Below are positions 1 to 11,905 of a stretch of DNA of 64,000 nucleotides, piece after piece. Each line of letters begins with the position of its first letter. Within the stretch, counting starts at the first letter, position 1. The notes under the pieces were generated by a model. It was not told the DNA's origin. It ran no database searches and was given only the letters and a program-made list of their open reading frames with translations. This DNA is from a bacterium (GTDB lineage: Bacteria; UBA8248): assembly GCA_963692865.2 (NCBI GenBank), contig OY843592.1, positions 1,600,001 through 1,664,000 of the forward strand. The letters are read 5' to 3'. The position numbers and the translations under genes are program-made.

Positions 1-25
1 CGTGATAGGCGCTTAGGAGCGAGAA

Positions 26-433
26 ATGCTGCAACCGAAAAGAACGAAGTTCAGGAAGATGCAGAAGGGGCGTCTGGACGGCAAGGCCCAGCGCGGCTCG
101 ACGCTCTCGTTCGGCTCCTATGGGCTTCAGACCCTGGAGACGGCGCATATCACGGCGCGCCAGATCGAGGCGGCCCGTATCGCCATGACGCGCCACGTCA
201 AGCGCGGCGGGCGGATATGGATTCGTCTTTTCCCGGATAAACCCATGTGCAAGAAACCGGCCGAGGTTCGCATGGGCAAGGGCAAGGGCGCGCCCGAGTA
301 TTGGGTGGCGCCCGTGCGCGCAGGCAGGATCCTCTATGAGATGGACGGCGTCGCCGACGACATCGCACGCGAAGCGCTTCGTCTGGCCGCCCAGAAGCTG
401 CCGTGCAAAACCAGGATCGTGACCTCTTCCTGA
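26..433 (+). CDS. rplP: 50S ribosomal protein L16
   Basis: [11 protein letters not shown] start and RMGKGKG motif; S10 operon position. Confidence 0.98.
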   Translation: MLQPKRTKFRKMQKGRLDGKAQRGSTLSFGSYGLQTLETAHITARQIEAARIAMTRHVKRGGRIWIRLFPDKPMCKKPAEVRMGKGKGAPEYWVAPVRAGRILYEMDGVADDIAREALRLAAQKLPCKTRIVTSS

Positions 434-446
434 GGGGGATGACGGC

Positions 447-668
447 GTGAAATACAGCGAGGTCCTCGAGTTGAGCGATGACGAGCTCGGCTTCAAGGAG
501 AAGGAATTGCGTCAGGAGTTGTTCAACCTGCGCTTTCGCAAGGCGACGGGCCAACTGGACAACACGGCGCGCATCTGTCTGCTCAAGCGTGATTTGGCGC
601 GGGTGCTGACTTCAAAACGTGAGCGGGAGGGCGCGCAGGCCGCAGGCGCCGAGGGAGAGGAATCGTAG
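447..668 (+). CDS. rpmC: 50S ribosomal protein L29
   Basis: ELFNLRF..ATGQL motif; lies between rplP and rpsQ. Confidence 0.96.
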   Translation: MKYSEVLELSDDELGFKEKELRQELFNLRFRKATGQLDNTARICLLKRDLARVLTSKREREGAQAAGAEGEES

Positions 669-929
669 ATGAGTCAGGTTCGGGGCAGGCGCAAGGTTCG
701 TGAAGGAAAAGTCGTCAGCGACGTGATGGACAAGACCGCCACCGTCGAGGTGGTGCGTATTTTCAAGCATACGACCTTCAAGCGCGTCGTGCGCAGGCGG
801 AAGAAATATCTGGTTCATGACGAGGAAAACTCCCTCAATACGGGAGACAGGGTGCGTATCATCGAAACCAGGCCGCTCAGCCGGCGGAAGCGCTGGCGCC
901 TTCTGGATGTAATTGAACGCAGCAAGTAG
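669..929 (+). CDS. rpsQ: 30S ribosomal protein S17
   Basis: GKVVSD.MDKT, HDEEN and ETRPLSRRKRW motifs. Confidence 0.98.
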   Translation: MSQVRGRRKVREGKVVSDVMDKTATVEVVRIFKHTTFKRVVRRRKKYLVHDEENSLNTGDRVRIIETRPLSRRKRWRLLDVIERSK

Positions 930-941
930 GGAACGGAAAAA

Positions 942-1310
942 ATGATTCAGGTAGAAACGATGTGCAGCGTGGCGGACAATTCGGGGGCGAAGCGCGCCCA
1001 GTGCATCAAGGTGTTGGGCGGCTCGCGCCGCAGGTATGCGCGGATCGGCGACATCATCGTCGTGGCGATCAAGGAAGCCGTGCCGAACAGCCCCATCAGG
1101 AAGGGGGAGGTCAGGCGCGCCGTCGTCGTTCGGACCGTCAAGGAGACCGGGCGCGAGGACGGCACCTACATTCGCTTCGACGACAATGCCATCGTCATCA
1201 TCAATGAAGCGCGTGAACCGATGGGGACGCGCATTTTCGGACCCGTGGCTCGTGAGTTGAGACGCAAGCGGTTCATGCGCATCGTTTCGCTCGCCCCCGA
1301 GGTGTTGTGA
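942..1310 (+). CDS. rplN: 50S ribosomal protein L14
   Basis: [20 protein letters not shown] and SLAPEVL motifs. Confidence 0.99.
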   Translation: MIQVETMCSVADNSGAKRAQCIKVLGGSRRRYARIGDIIVVAIKEAVPNSPIRKGEVRRAVVVRTVKETGREDGTYIRFDDNAIVIINEAREPMGTRIFGPVARELRRKRFMRIVSLAPEVL

Positions 1311-1318
1311 GGAAAGAG

Positions 1319-1657
1319 ATGGGCTCGAACCCAAAGAAAACGCACGTGAAAAAAGGCGATATCGTTCAGGTGATCGCCGGTCGTGAGAAGGGAAAAACCG
1401 GGAAGGTTCTTCAGGTGCTTAAACACGAGAACCGCGTGATCGTCGAGAAGGTGAACATGGTGAAGCGGCACACGAAGCCCAGCCAGGGTCAGCAGCAAGG
1501 GGGCATCCTGGAGCGGGAGGGGAAGATACACATTTCCAACGTCATGCCCGTGGATCCGAAGAACAACCAACCCTCCCGGATCCGGAGAAAGCGGCTCGAA
1601 GACGGCGCGCACGTGCGCGTGACGCATCGCAGCGGCGAATTGCTCGACACGGTGTAG
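1319..1657 (+). CDS. rplX: 50S ribosomal protein L24
   Basis: KOW motif VKKGDIVQVIAGREKGK and IHISNV; ATG at 1319 chosen. Confidence 0.97.
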   Translation: MGSNPKKTHVKKGDIVQVIAGREKGKTGKVLQVLKHENRVIVEKVNMVKRHTKPSQGQQQGGILEREGKIHISNVMPVDPKNNQPSRIRRKRLEDGAHVRVTHRSGELLDTV

Positions 1658-1681
1658 AAAGAGATAAGGATTTTGATCGAA

Positions 1682-2233
1682 ATGGCGTACGTGCCCAGAA
1701 TGCTGCAGCTTTATCGCGATGAAATCATGGAAAAACTCCGCAAGGAGTTCGAATACGCCAACGTCATGCAGATTCCGCGGCTTCTGAAGGTCACGTTGAA
1801 CATGGGACTCGGGGAGGCCGTGCAGAATGCGGCGACCCTGGAGAACGGCGTCGCCGAGTTGACGAGCATCGCGGGCCAGAAGCCCGTCATCACCCGCGCA
1901 AGGAAATCCATCGCGAATTTCAAGCTTCGCGAAGGGATGCCAATCGGAGCGATGGTGACGCTTCGCGGCGCGCGGATGTGGGATTTCGTGGATCGCTTGG
2001 TGAACGTGGCGCTCCCCCGCGTGCGCGATTTCAGGGGACTGAGTCCAAAGTCCTTCGACGGGCGCGGGAACTACAGCCTCGGGATTCGCGAGCAGATCAT
2101 TTTTCCCGAAATCGATATCGACAAGGTGGAGAGATCCCGGGGCATCGGGGTGGTCCTGAACACGTCGGCGAACACGGACGAAGAAGGAAGAGCGCTGCTT
2201 CGCGAGTTGGGCGTTCCCTTCCGTGTGAATTAA
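1682..2233 (+). CDS. rplE: 50S ribosomal protein L5
   Basis: [11 protein letters not shown] and FDGRGNY motifs. Confidence 0.98.
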   Translation: MAYVPRMLQLYRDEIMEKLRKEFEYANVMQIPRLLKVTLNMGLGEAVQNAATLENGVAELTSIAGQKPVITRARKSIANFKLREGMPIGAMVTLRGARMWDFVDRLVNVALPRVRDFRGLSPKSFDGRGNYSLGIREQIIFPEIDIDKVERSRGIGVVLNTSANTDEEGRALLRELGVPFRVN

Positions 2234-2244
2234 GAGGAAATACA

Positions 2245-2430
2245 GTGGCGAAAAAGTGCTTGATTGCGAAACAGAAGAAGACGCCCAAGTTCGGCGTGCG
2301 GGCTTATAACCGCTGCCAGCGTTGCGGGCGTCCGCGAGGTTATTTGAGGCGGTTCAAGATTTGCCGGATCTGCTTCCGCGAATTGTCGCTCAAGGGCGAG
2401 ATTCCGGGAGTCACGAAATCGAGTTGGTAG
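2245..2430 (+). CDS. rpsN: 30S ribosomal protein S14, short zinc-binding form
   Basis: GTG start; 61 aa with CQRC and ICRIC; ends GVTKSSW. Confidence 0.96.
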   Translation: MAKKCLIAKQKKTPKFGVRAYNRCQRCGRPRGYLRRFKICRICFRELSLKGEIPGVTKSSW

Positions 2431-2446
2431 CCGGAGAGCAAACAAT

Positions 2447-2848
2447 ATGAGCATGACGGATCCCATTGCCGATCTTCTGACGCGCATTCGCAATGCGGTG
2501 CGCGCGGGCCATGAAAGCGTCGTGATTCCGGGCAGTCAGCTGAAGGCGCAAGTCGTCGGAATCCTGAAGTCCCAGGGCTACATCAAGGGATACGATGTCG
2601 AACCGGGCCCGACGGGCCAGACCCGGATCAAGGTGGCGCTCAAGCCGCCCCAGGACGGCAAGCTGGTGTTGAGCGGCTTAAGGCGCGTCAGCAAGCCCGG
2701 TCTTCGCGTTTACGTGAACAAGGAGTCGGTTCCCAAGGTGCTCAACGGCATGGGAATCGCCATTCTCACGACGTCGCGCGGCGTGTTGACGGACGAGGAA
2801 GCGAGAAACCTGGGCGTGGGCGGTGAAGTTCTTTGTGAAATTTGGTGA
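2447..2848 (+). CDS. rpsH: 30S ribosomal protein S8
   Basis: TDPIADLLTRIRN, SKPGLRVY and GGEVLCEIW motifs. Confidence 0.98.
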   Translation: MSMTDPIADLLTRIRNAVRAGHESVVIPGSQLKAQVVGILKSQGYIKGYDVEPGPTGQTRIKVALKPPQDGKLVLSGLRRVSKPGLRVYVNKESVPKVLNGMGIAILTTSRGVLTDEEARNLGVGGEVLCEIW

Positions 2849-2858
2849 GGTGGTTTGA

Positions 2859-3404
2859 ATGTCACGCATCGGGAAAATGCCGATTCCCATACCCTCGGGC
2901 GTGGAAGTGAAGCTCGACGGGCGCCGCATCTCCGTCAAGGGGCCTCTGGGTGAACTCGACCTCGAGTTGCATCACAGGCCGAAGGTCGCGATAGACGACG
3001 GGAATATCGTCGTCTCGCGCGTCAGCGAGTCCCGCCAGGACAAGTCGCTGCACGGCCTCACGCGCTCGCTGATCGCCAACATGGTCGAAGGCGTGACCAA
3101 AGGGTTCGAGAAGGAACTCGAGATTATCGGCTTGGGATACCGCGTGGAGGCGAGGGGCAGGGGAGTCGTCCTGAACGTGGGTTATTCGCACCCGGTAAGC
3201 ATCGAACCGATCGAGGGCATCACCTTCGAGGTGCAAAGCGACCGGACCCGAACGGCGATCAAGGTAAAGGGAATCGACAAGCAGATGGTGGGCTGGGTGG
3301 CCGCCGAAATCCGGAAGGTGAAGCCCCCGGAGCCTTACAAGGGCAAGGGCATCCGCTATGCGGGCGAGACGGTTCGCCGCAAGGTCGGCAAGGCCGGCGT
3401 GTAG
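2859..3404 (+). CDS. rplF: 50S ribosomal protein L6
   Basis: MSRIGK start and [11 protein letters not shown] motif. Confidence 0.98.
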   Translation: MSRIGKMPIPIPSGVEVKLDGRRISVKGPLGELDLELHHRPKVAIDDGNIVVSRVSESRQDKSLHGLTRSLIANMVEGVTKGFEKELEIIGLGYRVEARGRGVVLNVGYSHPVSIEPIEGITFEVQSDRTRTAIKVKGIDKQMVGWVAAEIRKVKPPEPYKGKGIRYAGETVRRKVGKAGV

Positions 3405-3421
3405 CGCGGGAGGTTTACGAA

Positions 3422-3802
3422 GTGGGTCGATTGAGCAAACTTGAGGCGCGGCTCAAGCGAAAGGTGAGAATCCGCAAGAAGAGCCGCGGAACGGGCGAGC
3501 GCCCGCGCTTGACGGTCTTCAGGAGCGGCGCGCACATCTATGCCCAGGTGATAGATGACGTTTCGGGCCGGACGCTGGCGGCGGCCTCCTCGCGCGAGAA
3601 GGATTTCGCATCCGAGGCGAAGGACGCCGAGAACGCGGGCGGGAGCAACGTGGCGGGCGCCGTTATCGTCGGCAAGCTGCTGGCCGGCCGCGCGAAGGCC
3701 AAGGGCGTCGGAAAAGTGGTTTTTGATCGCAACGGCTATCTCTATCACGGCCGCGTGAAGGCGCTGGCCGACAGCGTGAGGGATACGGGGGTGAGTTTCT
3801 GA
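3422..3802 (+). CDS. rplR: 50S ribosomal protein L18
   Basis: RPRLTVFRS and [16 protein letters not shown] motifs. Confidence 0.98.
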   Translation: MGRLSKLEARLKRKVRIRKKSRGTGERPRLTVFRSGAHIYAQVIDDVSGRTLAAASSREKDFASEAKDAENAGGSNVAGAVIVGKLLAGRAKAKGVGKVVFDRNGYLYHGRVKALADSVRDTGVSF

Positions 3803-4518
3803 TGGCGCGAGAGGCGAGAAGAGGCCGGGACAGGGAGCCCGAGAATCCCGAAGAGCGTGAGTTCATCGACCGGGTCATCTACGTGAATCGCGTGGCCAAG
3901 GTGGTGAAGGGCGGCAGGCGCTTCAGTTTCAGCGCCCTGGTGACCGTCGGCGACAGAAAGGGACAGGTCGGCATCGGGATGGGCAAGGCGAACGAAGTGC
4001 CCGAAGCCATTCGCAAGGGCGTGGAGAAAGCCCGCAAGGCGATGGTGAAAGTGGCCCTCGACAAGGAGACCATTCCCCACCAGGCGATGGGCAAATACGG
4101 CGCGGGCCGCGTGCTGCTCAAACCGGCGGCGCGGGGAACGGGCGTCATCGCAGGCGGGCCCGTGCGCGCGGTTCTGGACGTCGCCGGAGTGCGCGACATA
4201 TTGACGAAGTGCATCGGCACGAACAACCCGCACAACGCGGCCAAGGCGACGCTGCAGGGCCTATGCTCGCTGCGCAACAGGGATGAGGTTTTGGCGCTCC
4301 GGGGAATCGTTTCGGCCGATGACGCAGCCGAAGCCGCGCAGACCGAAGACGCCGAGGCCGCGGCGGTGGACGCCGAGGTCGAGGCGACGGATGCGGAGGC
4401 CGCTTCGGAAGACGTTGCTGACGGCGAACCCGTTGCCGCCGAGGATGGTGACGCCGCCGAATCCGGTGACGCTGAAGACGCCGGCGCGGACGAAGAAGCC
4501 GGCGCGAAAGAAGAGTAG
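3802..4518 (+). CDS. rpsE: 30S ribosomal protein S5 with acidic C-terminal extension
   Basis: [15 protein letters not shown] and GTGVIAGG motifs; Ala/Asp/Glu-rich tail of about 70 aa. Confidence 0.97.
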   Translation: MAREARRGRDREPENPEEREFIDRVIYVNRVAKVVKGGRRFSFSALVTVGDRKGQVGIGMGKANEVPEAIRKGVEKARKAMVKVALDKETIPHQAMGKYGAGRVLLKPAARGTGVIAGGPVRAVLDVAGVRDILTKCIGTNNPHNAAKATLQGLCSLRNRDEVLALRGIVSADDAAEAAQTEDAEAAAVDAEVEATDAEAASEDVADGEPVAAEDGDAAESGDAEDAGADEEAGAKEE

Positions 4519-4526
4519 AGGAAGAG

Positions 4527-4715
4527 ATGGCGCAGGACAAGATTAAAATCACCTTGAGGAAGAGCGTGTCCGGCTCGAACGTGAAGCAGCGCGCCGTTTT
4601 GCATGGTCTGGGTCTGAGGCGCATCAACCAGACGGTCGTGAAGACGGACAACGCCTGCATTCGCGGCATGGTGTTCAAGATCAAGCACCTCGTAGAAGTG
4701 GAGGAGGGGGCCTAG
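4527..4715 (+). CDS. rpmD: 50S ribosomal protein L30
   Basis: [10 protein letters not shown] and [12 protein letters not shown] motifs. Confidence 0.96.
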   Translation: MAQDKIKITLRKSVSGSNVKQRAVLHGLGLRRINQTVVKTDNACIRGMVFKIKHLVEVEEGA

Positions 4716-4729
4716 CGTCCCGGATTCAT

Positions 4730-5238
4730 ATGGCCGAGAACGACAAGAAGCCGGAAAATTCGTTTACGGGTCTGGACGATTTGTCCTCCCCAGAGGGGGC
4801 GGTGAAGGCCCGGCGGCGCGTGGGCCGAGGGACCGGCTCCGGCAGGGGAAAGACCTCGACGCGCGGCCACAAGGGGCAGAAATCGCGTTCCGGCTACAGC
4901 CGGAAGGTGGGTTTCGAGGGCGGCCAGATGCCGCTCCAGCGCCGCCTGCCGAAGCGCGGGTTCAACAACCGCTTCAAAAAAGAGTTCTCAGAGCTCAACG
5001 TGGGCCGCCTGAGCGCGCTGGCGGAGGGCGCGAGCGTCGACGCCGACGCCTTGCGGGCCGCCGGCCTCATCCGGAAAGTGGCCAGAGACGGCGTCAAGCT
5101 CCTGGGCGAGGGCGAGGTCGACCGCGCGGTTCACCTCAAGGTCCAGAAATGCAGCGAATCGGCCCGCCGGAAGATCGAGGGCGCGGGCGGAAGCGTCGAG
5201 ATCACGGCCCTCGCCGCGAAGTCGGAGGATAAAAGCGA

Positions 5239-5242
<4 letters not shown>
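4730..5242 (+). CDS. rplO: 50S ribosomal protein L15
   Basis: GRGTGSGRGKT and GFEGGQMPL.RRLPKRGF motifs. Confidence 0.98.
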
Positions 5243-6561
<1,319 letters not shown>

Positions 6562-6564
6562 AGG

Positions 6565-7194
6565 ATGAAAATCATTCTTTTGGGACCGCCGGGTTCGGGA
6601 AAAGGCACCCAGGGCGACGGGCTCTCGAAATCCCTGCAGGTACCTGAAATCTCGACGGGGGACATGTTGCGTCAGGCGGTGGCGGAGAAGACGGCGCTCG
6701 GGCAGCAGGTGGGGGATATCATCAACCAGGGCCGCCTCGTGCCGGATGACCTCATCATTTCGGTGATCGAGGAGCGCATTGCCCGGCCGGACTGCGAGAA
6801 CGGGTTCATCCTGGATGGCTTTCCGAGGACGATTGAACAGGGCGAGGCCCTGGAGAGGGTCTTGCCGGACAGCGTGGATGTGGTTATCTATCTGAACGTA
6901 TCGAGCGAAGCCGTGGTGGCCCGGCTGGCGGGCAGGCTCACGTGCAGGAAATGCGGCGCCGTGTATCCCAACATGGACACCTCGCTTTGCTCCGTGTGCG
7001 GGGGAGACCTCTACCAGCGCGAGGACGACATGACGAGCACGGTGCTTCGGCGCCTCAGGGTGTATCAGGAACATACCGAGCCCTTGGTGGCGTTTTACCG
7101 CGACAAGGGCAAGATCGCGGAAATCAACGGTGAGGGCAGCGTCGAGGAAATTGCGCAGAGGGTGGAGGAAGGTATTGCCCGGGTGCTTGCTTGA
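6565..7194 (+). CDS. adk: Adenylate kinase with zinc-binding LID
   Basis: GPPGSGKGTQ P-loop, GFILDGFPRT, CxxC...CxxC LID. Confidence 0.98.
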   Translation: MKIILLGPPGSGKGTQGDGLSKSLQVPEISTGDMLRQAVAEKTALGQQVGDIINQGRLVPDDLIISVIEERIARPDCENGFILDGFPRTIEQGEALERVLPDSVDVVIYLNVSSEAVVARLAGRLTCRKCGAVYPNMDTSLCSVCGGDLYQREDDMTSTVLRRLRVYQEHTEPLVAFYRDKGKIAEINGEGSVEEIAQRVEEGIARVLA

Positions 7195-7946
7195 TGGCCA
7201 TTATCCTTCGTTCGCGGAAAGAAATAGAACGTTTGCGATCCAGTAACCGGGTGGTGATGAGCGTCATGGCGGAACTCAAGGAAGCGATTCGGCCGGGTGT
7301 AACGACCCTGGAGTTGGACGCCCTGGCGGAACGGGTCATTCGCGAAAAGGGAGCGATACCCGCTTTCAAGGGATACCGGGGCTATCGGCATACGATATGC
7401 GCTTCTATCAACGAAGAGGTGGTTCATGGAGTGCCTTCCGGGAAGAAACTCAAGGAGGGGGATATCGTCAGCGTGGACGTCGGGGCGAAATTGTATGGCT
7501 ACTTTGGGGACCATGCGGTCACCTTCCCTGTGGGCGATGTTGATCCCGAGGCGAAAAAATTGTTGAAATACTGCGAGGAGTCGCTTTTCAAGGGAATCGA
7601 GCAGGCCAAACCGGGCAACCGGCTGTTCGATATCTCACACGCCGTGCAAAAGCACGCGGAAAGCGCCGGTTTTTCGGTGGTTCGCGCCTATGTGGGGCAT
7701 GGGGTGGGAACGGATCTTCACGAAGAACCCCAGGTTCCGAACTTCGGCGAACCCGGCACGGGGCCGGAGCTCAAGGCGGGCATGGTTCTCGCGATTGAGC
7801 CGATGCTGAACATGGGCGTTCATGACGTGAAGGTTTTGAACGATGAATGGACGGTCGTCACCGCGGACGAGAAACTCTCCGCGCATTTTGAGCATTCCGT
7901 CGCCATCACCGAAGACGGCCCGGATATTCTGAGTCTGGCCGCATGA
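7194..7946 (+). CDS. map: Methionine aminopeptidase type I
   Basis: [24 protein letters not shown] and SAHFEH motifs. Confidence 0.98.
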   Translation: MAIILRSRKEIERLRSSNRVVMSVMAELKEAIRPGVTTLELDALAERVIREKGAIPAFKGYRGYRHTICASINEEVVHGVPSGKKLKEGDIVSVDVGAKLYGYFGDHAVTFPVGDVDPEAKKLLKYCEESLFKGIEQAKPGNRLFDISHAVQKHAESAGFSVVRAYVGHGVGTDLHEEPQVPNFGEPGTGPELKAGMVLAIEPMLNMGVHDVKVLNDEWTVVTADEKLSAHFEHSVAITEDGPDILSLAA

Positions 7947-8230
7947 GAAGACCGCGCCGCCAGGGAAGCAGGAAGAAGAGAAAGCGCGATCAGGTGGAGC
8001 GCGAGGAGCGGGCTCCCAAGGAAGGCGTGATAGAGGTGGACGGGATCGTCGTGGAGCCTCTGCCGAACGCGATGTTTCGCGTTGAACTCGAAGGAGGCCA
8101 CAAGGTGTTGGCCCATATCTCGGGGAAAATGCGGATGCACTTCATCCGGATTCTCCCCGGAGACAACGTCAAGGTGGAGTTGTCCCCTTACGATTTGACG
8201 AGAGGGCGGATAACGAGTCGCTATAAGTAG
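7943..8230 (+). CDS. infA: Translation initiation factor IF-1 with basic N-terminal extension; start uncertain
   Basis: [29 protein letters not shown] and [10 protein letters not shown] motifs. Confidence 0.96.
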   Translation: MRRPRRQGSRKKRKRDQVEREERAPKEGVIEVDGIVVEPLPNAMFRVELEGGHKVLAHISGKMRMHFIRILPGDNVKVELSPYDLTRGRITSRYK

Positions 8231-8259
8231 ACGTTTCAGGTGAAATCTGGAGTCAGGCC

Positions 8260-8373
8260 ATGAAGGTGAGAAGTTCCGTCAAGCCGATGTGTGACAAGTG
8301 CAAGGTCATCCGCCGCAAGGGTGTCGTGCGCGTCTTGTGCTCGAACCCCAAGCACAAGCAGCGGCAAGGCTGA
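8260..8373 (+). CDS. rpmJ: 50S ribosomal protein L36 (absent from the ORF track)
   Basis: Manual translation gives [37 protein letters not shown]. Confidence 0.97.
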   Translation: MKVRSSVKPMCDKCKVIRRKGVVRVLCSNPKHKQRQG

Positions 8374-8402
8374 GAGCAATAAGGAAATAAAGGAGAACGC
8401 GA

Positions 8403-8777
8403 ATGGCCCGTATCGCCGGAGTGGATATTCCCAACGACAAGAACGTCAACATCGCTTTGACGTATATCTTTGGAATCGGGCGGACTTCCGCGAACAAGAT
8501 AGTGGAAGAAGCGAAAATCGACGCCTTCTCGAAGGTGAAGGACCTCACCGAAGCCGAGGTGCAGGCCCTGCGCGAGATTATCGAGCGCGGCTACGCGGTG
8601 GAGGGCGACTTGAGGAGCAGGGTGACCATGAACATCAAGAGATTGATGGACATCGGCACCTACCGGGGGCTTCGGCACCGCCGCGGCCTGCCCGTTCGCG
8701 GGCAAAGAACCCACACGAACGCGCGCACCCGCAAGGGGCCGCGCAAGACGGTGGGCGCCAAGAAAAAGGACAACTGA
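8403..8777 (+). CDS. rpsM: 30S ribosomal protein S13
   Basis: MARIAGVD start and [18 protein letters not shown] motif. Confidence 0.99.
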   Translation: MARIAGVDIPNDKNVNIALTYIFGIGRTSANKIVEEAKIDAFSKVKDLTEAEVQALREIIERGYAVEGDLRSRVTMNIKRLMDIGTYRGLRHRRGLPVRGQRTHTNARTRKGPRKTVGAKKKDN

Positions 8778-8815
8778 TTTCTTGATTTCGTCTCATACAG
8801 GGTAGGAGGCTTCAA

Positions 8816-9217
8816 TTGGCGCAAGCGGGCAGGGGAAAGCGCGGCGGGAAACGCCGCCGTGAGAGAAGGGCCATCGGCAAGGGGCAGGCGCACATTCTGG
8901 CGACCTTCAACAACACCATGATCTCGATTTCCGACACGGGCGGGAACGTGGTTTGCTGGTCGACGGCCGGCGGACAAGGTTTCAAGGGTTCCCGGAAAAG
9001 CACGCCTTTCGCCGCGCAGATGGCCGCTGCGGACGTCGCCAAGAAAGCGTTGGATCTCGGCGTGACTTCGGTGGAAGTATACGTGAGCGGCCCCGGTTCC
9101 GGCCGGGAGGCGGCGATTCGATCGCTGGCCGCGGCGGGGCTCGAGGTGAGTCTCATTCGTGACGTAACGCCTATTCCCCACAATGGTTGTCGTCCGCGCA
9201 AGCGGCGTCGGGTCTAG
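8816..9217 (+). CDS. rpsK: 30S ribosomal protein S11
   Basis: [13 protein letters not shown] and [12 protein letters not shown] motifs. Confidence 0.99.
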   Translation: MAQAGRGKRGGKRRRERRAIGKGQAHILATFNNTMISISDTGGNVVCWSTAGGQGFKGSRKSTPFAAQMAAADVAKKALDLGVTSVEVYVSGPGSGREAAIRSLAAAGLEVSLIRDVTPIPHNGCRPRKRRRV

Positions 9218-9242
9218 GTCAAGGCAAGAGGGAGTTTGAACT

Positions 9243-9875
9243 TTGGCGCGATACAAGGATTCGGTTTGCCGGCTTTGCCGGAGAGAGGGGATGAAGCTCT
9301 TCCTGAAGGGAGATCGCTGCATCGGCGATAAGTGCTCTTTCGAAAAGCGGAGTTTTCCGCCGGGGCAGCACGGCGCGGCGCGCTCGCGGGGAAAGCTGAG
9401 CGAATACGGGCTGCAGCTTCGCGAGAAACAAAAGGCGCGGCGGGTGTATGGCGTGCTGGAGAAGCAGTTCCGGCTTTACTACAAGGAGGCGGCGCGGCGA
9501 AAGGGCGTCACCGGCGACAACCTGTTTGCGCTGCTCGAATCCAGGCTCGACAACGTCGTGTTCCGGGCGAGTTTCGCGGATTCACGGAATCAGGCGCGGC
9601 AACTGGTGATTCACAACCACGTTCGCGTGAACGGCAGGAAGGTGAATCGCCCGGCGTTCGTCGTGCGAAAGGGCGATGTCGTCGAAATCAAGGAGAAGAG
9701 CAAGAAGATTGCGCTGATCGTGCAGAGCGCGGAAAAGGGAAAAGTGCGCGGCGCTCCCGCCTGGCTCGACGTGGACCACGCCGACCTCCAGGCGCGCGTC
9801 CTGGAGCCGCCCAGTCTGGTCGATTCCCAGGTTGACATCAACGCGCAGCAGATTGTGGAACTGTATTCCAAATAA
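9243..9875 (+). CDS. rpsD: 30S ribosomal protein S4
   Basis: [22 protein letters not shown] and IVELYSK motifs. Confidence 0.99.
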   Translation: MARYKDSVCRLCRREGMKLFLKGDRCIGDKCSFEKRSFPPGQHGAARSRGKLSEYGLQLREKQKARRVYGVLEKQFRLYYKEAARRKGVTGDNLFALLESRLDNVVFRASFADSRNQARQLVIHNHVRVNGRKVNRPAFVVRKGDVVEIKEKSKKIALIVQSAEKGKVRGAPAWLDVDHADLQARVLEPPSLVDSQVDINAQQIVELYSK

Positions 9876-9940
9876 ATGACGAGTTCGTTTCGACCTACTT
9901 CTTTCAAAAAGTGGTCAACCGCCGTACGGAGGACCAATAC

Positions 9941-10960
9941 ATGACAGCGATTGCCGAGCTGGTCAAACCCACCGGCCTGGAGCCGCAGCAGGAGAGCTTG
10001 ACCGATACTTTCGGCCGTTTCGTCGCCGAACCCCTGGAGCGCGGGTATGGCGTTACGCTGGGAAATGCGCTTCGCCGCGTGCTCTTGTCTTCACTGCAGG
10101 GAGCCGCTTTCACGGGTGTGCGCATCGAGGGAGTGTTCCACGAGTTTTCGAACATCCCGGGCGTCATGGAGGACGTGACGGAAATCGTCCTGAACCTCAA
10201 GGAAGTCGTCATCGAGGTTGAATCGGAAAACCTGCCGGTTCACATGCACTATCGCCATTCGGGTTCCGCAGGCGTGTTCAAGGCGGGGGACATCGAGGCC
10301 CCCGCGGGCGTGAAGGTGCTGACGCCCGACGTGGAGATCGCCAACATGAACGATGAGGCGGAACTCGAGGTGGAACTCGTGGCGCACATCGGCCGCGGCT
10401 ACGTGCCGGCGGAGAGAAACGTGGATTTGTCCCTCGGCCCCCAGTTCATCCCGGTGGACTCCATTTTCTCTCCCATCCGCCGCTGCACCTTTCAGGTGGA
10501 AAAAACCCGCGTGGGCGACATTACGGACTACGACAAGCTGATTCTCGAGGTGGAGACGAACGGAACCATCGCCCCCGTGGACGCGGTCGCCAACGCGGCG
10601 AAGATACTGAAGGACAACCTCCAGATATTCATCAACTTCGAAGAGGAGCGCGAGCCCCAGGCGCCCAAGGTGGATGAGCGCAAGCAAAGGATGGTGGAGA
10701 GCCTCGGCAGAAGCGTGGAGGAACTCGAGCTTTCGGTTCGCAGCTATAACTGCCTGAAAAACGCGAGGATCCGCACGTTGGGAGAGCTGGTGCAAAAAAC
10801 GGAAGCCGAATTGCTGAGAACGAGGAACTTCGGGCGCAAGAGTTTGAATGAAATTCGTGATATCCTCACGGCGATGGGTTTGTCCCTCGGAATGGATTTG
10901 AGCTATATGAATCTCACGCCGCGCGATTTAAGCGGGCAGGATGATTCCGAACAAGAATAG
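9941..10960 (+). CDS. rpoA: RNA polymerase alpha subunit
   Basis: [22 protein letters not shown] and [11 protein letters not shown] motifs; ATG 9941 follows GGAGG. Confidence 0.98.
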   Translation: MTAIAELVKPTGLEPQQESLTDTFGRFVAEPLERGYGVTLGNALRRVLLSSLQGAAFTGVRIEGVFHEFSNIPGVMEDVTEIVLNLKEVVIEVESENLPVHMHYRHSGSAGVFKAGDIEAPAGVKVLTPDVEIANMNDEAELEVELVAHIGRGYVPAERNVDLSLGPQFIPVDSIFSPIRRCTFQVEKTRVGDITDYDKLILEVETNGTIAPVDAVANAAKILKDNLQIFINFEEEREPQAPKVDERKQRMVESLGRSVEELELSVRSYNCLKNARIRTLGELVQKTEAELLRTRNFGRKSLNEIRDILTAMGLSLGMDLSYMNLTPRDLSGQDDSEQE

Positions 10961-10971
10961 GATATGGATTG

Positions 10972-11394
10972 ATGCGGCACCGATGGCATGGAAGAAAACT
11001 GGGACGCACCTCGAAGCATCGCGATGCGATGACGAGGAACATGGTCACTTCTCTCATCGACGAGGAGAGGGTGCGGACGACGCTGGCGAAGGCCAAGGAG
11101 GTTCGCCGCCACGCCGAGCGCATCATCACCACGGGCAAGAAGGGCACGCTCCATGCGCGGCGCCGGGTCGCCTCTTATCTCAAGACCCCAGCAGCGGTCG
11201 CCAAGCTGATGGAGACCATCGCCCCGAGATATGCGGAGCGTCCCGGCGGCTACACTCGTATTCTGCGCCTCCCTCCCCGGCAGGGAGACGCCGCTCCCAT
11301 GGCGCTCCTCGAACTGGTCGACAGAGACACCACGAGAGAAGAAGAAAGACGGGAGCGCCGCCAGAAGAGAAAAGAGGCGCAAGGGGAAGCGTAG
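10972..11394 (+). CDS. rplQ: 50S ribosomal protein L17
   Basis: MRHR..GRKLGR start and RPGGYTRI motif. Confidence 0.98.
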   Translation: MRHRWHGRKLGRTSKHRDAMTRNMVTSLIDEERVRTTLAKAKEVRRHAERIITTGKKGTLHARRRVASYLKTPAAVAKLMETIAPRYAERPGGYTRILRLPPRQGDAAPMALLELVDRDTTREEERRERRQKRKEAQGEA

Positions 11395-11418
11395 GGGTCC
11401 CGATATGAGAGACTCCCG

Positions 11419-11452
11419 AAAGGAGAGCCGATGAGGCTCTCCTTTTTTGTTT
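11419..11452 (+). terminator. Rho-independent terminator of the ribosomal operon
   Basis: Stem AAAGGAGAGCC-gatga-GGCTCTCCTTT followed by a T-tract, just after rplQ. Confidence 0.85.
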
Positions 11453-11479
11453 TGCCTGAAGCAAGTGGAGACCGAGCCA

Positions 11480-11905
11480 TTGTCCGATGTGAGAGGACGC
11501 CCGGATGCGGATGGCTGTTTCGTGTGCGGACCCGCGAACCCGATAGGCCTGAAAATCGCTTTCCGGCTCGATGGCGACGTCTGCCGCGCCGAGTTCACGC
11601 CGCAGTCCGCCCACCAGGGCTACGACGGCGTCACGCACGGCGGCATCGTCTTCAGCGTTCTCGATGACGTCATGGCGAACTGGCTTTTCCTTCAAGGGGT
11701 TCGCGCCTACTCGGCAAAGAGCGAAATCCGCTATCGCGACCCCCTGCCCGTCGGCACCCCCTTGCTCCTGGAGGGGAGGCTCAAGAAGCGAAAGGGCAGG
11801 TTCGTCGTTTTGAAGGGAAAGGCGATACGGGCGGAAGACGGCCGGGCCGTCGCCGAGGCGGAGAGCACGTTCCACGTCGTGGATGAGGGGACGGCGGGAT
11901 CATGA
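11480..11905 (+). CDS. PaaI-family (hotdog-fold) thioesterase
   Basis: CFVCG..NPIGL and HQGY.G..HGG.....LDD motifs; TTG start after GGAGA. Confidence 0.85.
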   Translation: MSDVRGRPDADGCFVCGPANPIGLKIAFRLDGDVCRAEFTPQSAHQGYDGVTHGGIVFSVLDDVMANWLFLQGVRAYSAKSEIRYRDPLPVGTPLLLEGRLKKRKGRFVVLKGKAIRAEDGRAVAEAESTFHVVDEGTAGS

